A stretch of DNA of 64,000 nucleotides, taken from the IMG/VR virus record IMGVR_UViG_3300008111_000005, positions 40,872 to 104,871 of that record; one strand, 5' to 3'. Both the position numbers and the translations under genes were made by a program. Of the stretch, positions 57,377 through 64,000 are shown piece after piece. The notes below the pieces were generated by a model. The model saw nothing but the letters and a program-made list of their open reading frames with translations. It was not told the DNA's origin and searched no databases. Position 1 is the stretch's first letter; each line of letters begins with the position of its first letter. This stretch comes from a virus.

Positions 57377-60300
57377 TTAAGTTGCGTATAAATTGGTTCC
57401 TACAGGAACTACCAATCTATATTGTGTACCACTACCGGATACTATACCAGAGAATTGTGATCCCGATGGTGTTATAAACTGTGCCGATATTGCTGCTACT
57501 GCTTGAGCGGAACTACTATACACACCACTCAATTTATTGGTAATTGAATTATAATCAATTTGACTTGACGCAGTTACCCAACCAGGATATTGTGCTGAGC
57601 TAGATACCGTTCCACCAGGTAAGAATGTCTTGACTTGGGTAGAACTAGATACGGTATCTGCTGGAAGTAATGATGTAACTTGTGTAGAACTGGAAACAAT
57701 ACTTGCTGGTATATTTGATAATGTGTTGTAATTGACAAAGAACAATCCAATACCACTTCCACTAAACGAAGCAGTTACCGATGTTGCGTTTACCGTAGTT
57801 GGTGCAATAGTTTGATTATCTATCGCTGCTACGGTTTGTGCGGAACTACTATATACACCACTTAACTTATTTTGAATATTGTTATAATCAATTTGACCAG
57901 AACTTGTTACCCATCCTGGGTATTGAGCCGAACTACTAACAGTACCACCAGGTAAGAATGTTTTGACTTGTGCGGATGAAGATACGACATCATTTGTTGC
58001 TTCAATTGCACCCACAAATGTTTGAGCGTGTACTTTTTGAGTTACACCATTATAGAAGAATGAACCAGATGCGTGAGTTCTTAAAGATATATATGTATTT
58101 GGTGCTTGCGTTTCTGAAAATAATGGATATAATGTAGTATCCGTTGTTGTGTTTGTTGTTACAGTTGCAACCGTTGCTGCAAAATCTGCTACACCATTCA
58201 ACGGTCCTCTGAATGAACCACTAAATGAACCCGTAAATGAACCAGTATTAATTTGTGCAGAACTGGTGACCCAACCAGGATATTGTGCTGACGATGATAT
58301 TGCACCTGGTAGTGCATCTTTTACACGTTGGTTAGTGAAATAAAGATTTACACCTTCTGTTAAGTTTGTCGTGGTTGCTGTACCCAAGAAACTTGCCGAG
58401 TGTACATTATCTGTATTTAACTTAGTCTTAACACGTGCGTCTGTGTAATACAGATTTACAATACCTTCACTTAATCCATCAGTGTTGACTGCAAGTGAAC
58501 CAGACACACCCAATGCCAAACTTGCTGTTGCTGCGTAACTTGCACTGGTTACTAATACTGGTGCAATCTGTGCAGAACTACTAACTGTTCCTGCTGGAAG
58601 ATTGTTTTTAACTTGTGCAGAACTACTATATACACCCAATGAGTCTACATATGTTAATACTCGTGCGTTTGTAAAATATAAATTTGTACCTTCTGCTAAG
58701 TTAGTTGTTGTTGCAGTACCCAAGAAACTTCCTGAGTGTACTACATCACTATCTAATTTGGTTTTAACTCGTGCGTCGGTATAATATAGATTTGTAAATC
58801 CTTCTGCTAAGTTATTCGTGGTTGCCGTTCCTAAGAAACTTCCAGAATGTACTGTACCAAGTTGTGCTGCGACAGCGGTTGCAAAGTTTGCTGTTGCACC
58901 TGCATTAATTTGACCAGAACTTGATACCGTTCCTGCTGGAAGATTTGCAGCAACTTGTATTGAACTACTGTATACACCCGACAACTTGTTGGTGATACTA
59001 TTATAATCAATTTGACTTGATGCCGTGACCCATCCTGGGTATTGTGCTGATGAAGAAACAGTACCCGCTGGTAATTGCGTTGATGAAGAAACCACACCGC
59101 CAGGTAATGCTGCGTTCGATATATTTGTTAATTGACTACCGTTACCACGGAATGAACCTGTAAATGCACCAGAGACAGGTGAGTTAGTTCCTATTGCTGA
59201 CCCAGACGGTCCAACAGATAATGAACCACCATTATCTCTGATTGCTAATGAACCAAGATATAATGTTGAACCAGAAAGATATAAGTCTCTAAACTTTAAT
59301 GTTGGTGAACCAAGGTCAAACGTATCTGTTACTGATGGGACAATGTGTGAGGATGTTATTGATCCTGTGACCTTCAATCCTCCCACGATACCAACTTGTG
59401 TACCATTATCACTAATTTGTGAATTTACAATGTGGTCACCACTTAGTCCAGCCTTTGGTAATAAGTTTGGTGTTAAGAATTGTTCACTACCTAATGCACC
59501 AGTATTTTCTGGACCTGTGATGACAATACTACTTGTGTTACTTGTTCCTGCGTGAACGAACAACCACACATTATTTACACTATCCCACAACAATGACCCT
59601 GATTGGTTGGTCAACGATGCAGAGTCATATACCGCCAATCCACCGTATCGTAATATTGTGTCGGTGTTAAGTGTTATTAAGTTTGAACCAACATTTAATT
59701 GTGATGAGGTAACATATAGAACAGATGATGTTCCTTGTACGGTTAAATTACCTGTAAGTGTGACCGAACCCGATACCGTTTGATTACCATTAAATATATT
59801 AGAACCAGTGGTTGCAATTGCACCGATACCAGTAGTATTTTGTACTACGATTTGACTTGATGCGGTCACCCAACCTGGGAATTGTGATGATGCACTTACG
59901 GTACCAACTGGTAATGATTGTACTACTTGGGTAGATGAAGTAATCCAACCAGGATATTGCGCCGATGCACTAACGGTACCATCTGGTAATAATGCCTTTA
60001 CTTGTGCAGATGCTGATACCGTATTTGCTGGTAATAATGGTTGTACCTGTGTGGATGATGATACGACCCCACTTAATTTATTTTGAATTGAGTTATAATC
60101 AATTTGTGATGATGCGGTGACCCATCCTGGGAATTGTGCGGAACTACTAACGGTTCCACCAGGAAGTAATGGTTGTACTTGGGTCGAACTGGATACCAAG
60201 TTTGCAGGTAATGCTGCTTGAACTTGTGCCGACGATGATACGGTACCACCTACTGTCTGTAATACGATTTTTGCGTTTGCACTATCCGTGGTAACATCAA

Positions 60301-60934
60301 TACCAGTTGATCCGGTAAGGAATACACCTGCTGTAATAGTAAATGATTTATTACCATCTGATCCTAATGTGTTGACCGATGGTTGTCCTGTAATAGATTG
60401 ATAGTTAATTTGTCCCGATGAACTAACAACAGCTTCTACACTTAATTTTGCTTTAACTCGTGCGTCGGTATAATAGAGATTACCACTTTCACTTACTTCA
60501 CTGGTAACAATATTTCGTGTACCACCCAATGACACCGATGTACCGTTAATTGTAATACTATTGTTTACTAGTCCAGCGTTGGGAATTCCAAATAATGCCG
60601 CACCACTACCACTAAATTGTCCTGTGGTTCTGATAACTCCCGATGATGTGATGTCCGCTAGTGCAAGGGATGACCCAGAAATTGAGGTAGCAAACTGAGC
60701 AGAACTACTAATAAGTCCCGCTGGTTTATTGAAGATATTGACCCAATCTCGCGCGTCATTTGTTAATTTTTCTTTCGGGATATCACCATCTCGTAATAAT
60801 GACGAGGTAAGTGTACCGATGGTGACTACACTCGCTGAAATTGAACCGGTGGTGATGATTACGGGGTCGGTGAATACTACCGCATTACTACCCGATGTCG
60901 CTCGTTGGATATCATTTACTTTTAATAAACTCAT
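57377..60934 (-). CDS. long tail-fibre-like protein (1185 aa)
   Basis: Ser/Thr-rich; repeats GTVSSSAQYPGWVTASSQIDYN and TNLxEGxNLY(Y/F)TxARV; DLGSPTLKFRDLYLSG. Confidence 0.7.
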   Translation of the reverse strand: MSLLKVNDIQRATSGSNAVVFTDPVIITTGSISASVVTIGTLTSSLLRDGDIPKEKLTNDARDWVNIFNKPAGLISSSAQFATSISGSSLALADITSSGVIRTTGQFSGSGAALFGIPNAGLVNNSITINGTSVSLGGTRNIVTSEVSESGNLYYTDARVKAKLSVEAVVSSSGQINYQSITGQPSVNTLGSDGNKSFTITAGVFLTGSTGIDVTTDSANAKIVLQTVGGTVSSSAQVQAALPANLVSSSTQVQPLLPGGTVSSSAQFPGWVTASSQIDYNSIQNKLSGVVSSSTQVQPLLPANTVSASAQVKALLPDGTVSASAQYPGWITSSTQVVQSLPVGTVSASSQFPGWVTASSQIVVQNTTGIGAIATTGSNIFNGNQTVSGSVTLTGNLTVQGTSSVLYVTSSQLNVGSNLITLNTDTILRYGGLAVYDSASLTNQSGSLLWDSVNNVWLFVHAGTSNTSSIVITGPENTGALGSEQFLTPNLLPKAGLSGDHIVNSQISDNGTQVGIVGGLKVTGSITSSHIVPSVTDTFDLGSPTLKFRDLYLSGSTLYLGSLAIRDNGGSLSVGPSGSAIGTNSPVSGAFTGSFRGNGSQLTNISNAALPGGVVSSSTQLPAGTVSSSAQYPGWVTASSQIDYNSITNKLSGVYSSSIQVAANLPAGTVSSSGQINAGATANFATAVAAQLGTVHSGSFLGTATTNNLAEGFTNLYYTDARVKTKLDSDVVHSGSFLGTATTTNLAEGTNLYFTNARVLTYVDSLGVYSSSAQVKNNLPAGTVSSSAQIAPVLVTSASYAATASLALGVSGSLAVNTDGLSEGIVNLYYTDARVKTKLNTDNVHSASFLGTATTTNLTEGVNLYFTNQRVKDALPGAISSSAQYPGWVTSSAQINTGSFTGSFSGSFRGPLNGVADFAATVATVTTNTTTDTTLYPLFSETQAPNTYISLRTHASGSFFYNGVTQKVHAQTFVGAIEATNDVVSSSAQVKTFLPGGTVSSSAQYPGWVTSSGQIDYNNIQNKLSGVYSSSAQTVAAIDNQTIAPTTVNATSVTASFSGSGIGLFFVNYNTLSNIPASIVSSSTQVTSLLPADTVSSSTQVKTFLPGGTVSSSAQYPGWVTASSQIDYNSITNKLSGVYSSSAQAVAAISAQFITPSGSQFSGIVSGSGTQYRLVVPVGTNLYAT

Positions 60935-60966
60935 ATTCTGCTCAAATAAAGTGTGTACACCCTCCG

Positions 60967-60974
60967 TATAAATA
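60967..60974 (-). promoter_or_regulatory. TATTTATA candidate late promoter
   Basis: 32 bp upstream of ATG 60934, just downstream of a terminator. Confidence 0.55.
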
Positions 60975-60995
60975 TCAATTTATATAGGAAGAAAC

Positions 60996-61026
60996 AAAAA
61001 AGACACGTGCTTTACCGTGTCTTTTT
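60996..61026 (-). terminator. intrinsic (bidirectional) terminator
   Basis: AAAAAGACACG-8 nt-CGTGTCTTTTTT directly after the stop at 61026. Confidence 0.8.
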
Positions 61027-63221
61027 CAGATAGAGAATTGTGATCCTGACATTACTATATTATTTGCTGTAATTGTACCTGTTAACGTTGGACTTGCACT
61101 CATTACTACGTTTCCAGTACCAGTGATTGCGTTGGATACCAGTCCGTCCGATGCATTGGTAAATACCGCTTGATTTGCAGTTAGTATTGATGCGGTAACG
61201 GTACCAGTAAATTCTGCACTACCTGTAACTGCTAATTTTCCGCCAATTAATGCATTTGTACTCGTTTGTAATACGGAACTACTTAATATATTTGTCGCAT
61301 TAATTCTTGCAGGCGCAATAGTTTGTCCTGCTACAGCAGTTACTACTTGTCCCGATGATGAGTAAATTGCCGCTAATGACGATGTTGTAGTTGCCGTAAA
61401 TGACGACGCGGTGATAGTGCTTCCAGCGGACAATCCATTGGTAATAGATACGGTGATACCGTTATCACTAATTTGCGAATCCGTGATATGTTCTAAGCCA
61501 CCACCCTTTAATACTCGATTTTGCGTCAGTAAGGTTTCATTGCCAACATTATTGAATGTTTGTGGACCCATTAAGACCACAGACGATGTTACACCGCCGG
61601 CGGTATTTTGGTGAACAAATATCCATTGGTCATTAATAGAATCAAAATAGAGTGACCCACTACGTTGTGGTGAGGAACCAGAATCAATTACCGATAGTCC
61701 ACCAAATCGTGTACCAGGAGTGAGTGTGTTGACCGTAATAACATTGGTACCAATATTCAAGGTACTTTGTGAAATAAAACTAATAGAGGATGACCCTTGT
61801 ACCACCAAGTTTTGACTAATAAATAATGAACCCGTGATGGTTTGATTTGCTGTAAATGTGTTCGACCCCGTAGTTGCCAATGCACCAATACCCGTAGTGT
61901 TTTGTACAACAATTTGTGCAGAACTAGTTACCCACCCAGGATATTGTAGTGACGATGAAACGGTACCACCAGGAAGTAATGGTTGGACTTGTGCGGAGGA
62001 AGAAACAACACCCGATAATTTATTGGTGATACTATTATAATCAATTTGACTTGATGCGGTGACCCATCCTGGGTATTGTGATGATGCAGAAACAACACCC
62101 GGGGATAAAATTGATCCTGTGTGTGGTCCGATAAATGATGATGCGGAAGCAGCACCTTGTACATGTAACAATGCACCAGGTGTAATAGTTCCAATACCGA
62201 CACCAGTTGCGTTAGAATAGATAACTTGACCATTACTTCCCAACTTAATAGCACCAACCGTACTATCTTGCACACCATACACGCCTAATGTATTTGCTAC
62301 GTTTACATCGTGTAATGCCGAATCATCACCACCTTGTAAAAATTTTGCATTATTTGTACTAATTGCTAATACTGTTCCATCGTAGGTGAGGGTAGATTCT
62401 GCGTTTATTCCCCCCGCACCCGTTGATGTTATTACACGATTATCGGTTGCATTTGTATATGAGGAAACAGCAGAAGCTGCTGCTTGTAAGTTTGTTCCCG
62501 CTGCTCCGGAGCCGGAAGTCACATCTACGAAGAATCCACGAGCACTACCACCTTGTTCAAAAAATCGTAATTTATTTTGAAAAATGTCAATGGTTACACC
62601 AGTACCCGCTATTGTACTATTAGTTTGTGGTTTTGCTAGTAAAATTTCTCCACCTTCATCACCAATTGAATTATTTGATATGAGGTTGGCACCCGCAGCT
62701 ATATTACCCGATGCACTAACGGTTTGTAATAATGTATTAACAAATGATGCGGTTGCTGCAAATGATGCCGAAGTGCTTGTTAACGCATTGAACTGCGTCG
62801 AACTACTAATAACCCCACTTAATTTATTAGTGATGTTATTATAATCTATTTGTGATGATGCGGTGACCCATCCTGAATATTGAGCAGAACTAGATACCGT
62901 ACCACCAGGAAGTAATGGTTGAACTTGCGTAGATGCAGATACTACGCCTGAAAGTTTATTTGTAATTAAGTTATAATCTACTTGACCAGAACTAGATACT
63001 GTTCCACCAGGAAGTAATGGTTGAACTTGTGTAGAGGAAGATACCACTCCACTCAACTTATTGGTAATATTATTATAATCTACCTGACCAGATGATGATA
63101 CCGTACCCGCTGGTAAACTTGTAATAATTTGCACCGACGACGATACCACCCCACCACCCAATGCGGTAGTGGGTATACTTCCACTGCGAATAAATGTACC
63201 TGTTAATCTCGTAGCTGGCAT
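61026..63221 (-). CDS. tail-fibre-like protein (731 aa)
   Basis: same SSSxQ repeats as the 1185-aa protein; VGIGTITPGALLHVQG fibre motif. Confidence 0.7.
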   Translation of the reverse strand: MPATRLTGTFIRSGSIPTTALGGGVVSSSVQIITSLPAGTVSSSGQVDYNNITNKLSGVVSSSTQVQPLLPGGTVSSSGQVDYNLITNKLSGVVSASTQVQPLLPGGTVSSSAQYSGWVTASSQIDYNNITNKLSGVISSSTQFNALTSTSASFAATASFVNTLLQTVSASGNIAAGANLISNNSIGDEGGEILLAKPQTNSTIAGTGVTIDIFQNKLRFFEQGGSARGFFVDVTSGSGAAGTNLQAAASAVSSYTNATDNRVITSTGAGGINAESTLTYDGTVLAISTNNAKFLQGGDDSALHDVNVANTLGVYGVQDSTVGAIKLGSNGQVIYSNATGVGIGTITPGALLHVQGAASASSFIGPHTGSILSPGVVSASSQYPGWVTASSQIDYNSITNKLSGVVSSSAQVQPLLPGGTVSSSLQYPGWVTSSAQIVVQNTTGIGALATTGSNTFTANQTITGSLFISQNLVVQGSSSISFISQSTLNIGTNVITVNTLTPGTRFGGLSVIDSGSSPQRSGSLYFDSINDQWIFVHQNTAGGVTSSVVLMGPQTFNNVGNETLLTQNRVLKGGGLEHITDSQISDNGITVSITNGLSAGSTITASSFTATTTSSLAAIYSSSGQVVTAVAGQTIAPARINATNILSSSVLQTSTNALIGGKLAVTGSAEFTGTVTASILTANQAVFTNASDGLVSNAITGTGNVVMSASPTLTGTITANNIVMSGSQFSI

Positions 63222-63248
63222 CAGTTCATCTCGTTACAAAGGAGTTAC

Positions 63249-63256
63249 TATAAATA
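63249..63256 (-). promoter_or_regulatory. TATTTATA candidate late promoter
   Basis: 27 bp upstream of ATG 63221. Confidence 0.5.
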
Positions 63257-63263
63257 GTTTATG

Positions 63264-63710
63264 TTATATCTTTTCTGGGAATACTACGGTCCATATAGAA
63301 TCGAAGGTTTGTGGTATGTCTCGTAATGCTTGACGATAAGTTGCCCATGCCGTTTTTTCTTCGTCAGTTAGAGTTGACCACCGATCAGCCATTGTGATAT
63401 AATCGGTTTCTGCTAATAATTTATTTCGTTCTTCTCGAATCGGTTTCCATTCTGCTGTTATCGTTGCATTCATTTCTTCTTCGGTCTTATCCCGTTTGGT
63501 ATAAGTTGCGGTTACAAACCCGTCACCAATTTCTAAGATAGGTTCATTTAATACTTCGGTACGTTCTTTAAACGTTTGGGGCATATTTTGTATTACCGGA
63601 TACCACCCAAGTTTCACCAGTTCGTCTGGTGGTGTCAATTGGAATTGTGCCGGTAATAAGGTTGGTCCATCAATGATGGTGTTATCTGTTACAATTAATA
63701 TGTACCACAA
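63264..63710 (-). CDS. tail fibre assembly chaperone
   Basis: W..IREERNKLLAETDY ... WATYRQALRDIPQ. Confidence 0.8.
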   Translation of the reverse strand: MWYILIVTDNTIIDGPTLLPAQFQLTPPDELVKLGWYPVIQNMPQTFKERTEVLNEPILEIGDGFVTATYTKRDKTEEEMNATITAEWKPIREERNKLLAETDYITMADRWSTLTDEEKTAWATYRQALRDIPQTFDSIWTVVFPEKI

Positions 63711-64000
63711 CAGTAACCAGTATATGGTATGTCGGAGCAGGGTCCGCTAAATGTTTCTCCTACTGAGTAGTCAGCGGAGCAACTTGTGTATGCACATCCA
63801 AGATTGTTTATTGAAAATCCGCAAGCACCATTCCCGGTGGTTGCTACAAACTGACCACTACCGTTACACGAACCAGCCAACACAGCGCCATTACCTGGAC
63901 AATAATTTGCGGTAATTGATGCAGTAGTTGGTGACGGGATTCCATTTTTAATATATCGTAAATCATGTCTGATATTAATTGAATATGATGGTGGTGAAAT
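63695..64000 (-). CDS. 3' end of a Cys-rich fibre-like protein (partial)
   Basis: frame open from the window end; 8 Cys in the last ~70 aa; directly upstream of the fibre chaperone. Confidence 0.65.
   Translation of the reverse strand: MSPPSYSINIRHDLRYIKNGIPSPTTASITANYCPGNGAVLAGSCNGSGQFVATTGNGACGFSINNLGCAYTSCSADYSVGETFSGPCSDIPYTGYCCGTY

Noticed and set aside
51411-64000. Diversity-generating retroelement acting on fibre tips
   Set aside because: No reverse transcriptase in the window and no adenine-specific template/variable repeat pair noticed

Overview
A 64-kb segment of a large, AT-rich, T4-like (contractile-tail) dsDNA bacteriophage genome. Essentially all real genes are on the minus strand. 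Read right to left it contains: (1) tail-fibre and collagen-like fibre genes (52.6-64 kb); (2) a cassette of His-x-Asp/Asn-repeat proteins followed by a radical SAM/SPASM enzyme, a small HADH-motif protein and a Cys-motif/methyltransferase fusion (47.4-55 kb); (3) an SNF2 helicase, tail chaperone (probable programmed frameshift), tape measure and baseplate genes (35.6-47 kb); (4) a T4-like replication/recombination set (PolA-like, SSB, RecA/UvsX, 5'-3' exonuclease, DnaB-like helicase, class II RNR, PolB, ligase, clamp, clamp loaders), interleaved with accessory genes. The accessory genes include a TonB-dependent-type outer-membrane barrel, a sulfation module, Mom-like and DUF4338-like GNAT proteins, several Fe/2OG oxygenases (one of alphaKG-HExxH type) and a tRNA-like RNA. 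The best candidate for a new system is a phage-encoded, triceptide-like radical SAM machinery that may cross-link about 90 aromatic-x-Asp/Asn motifs in putative virion fibre proteins. All family calls come from motif recognition by eye; no database searches were run.
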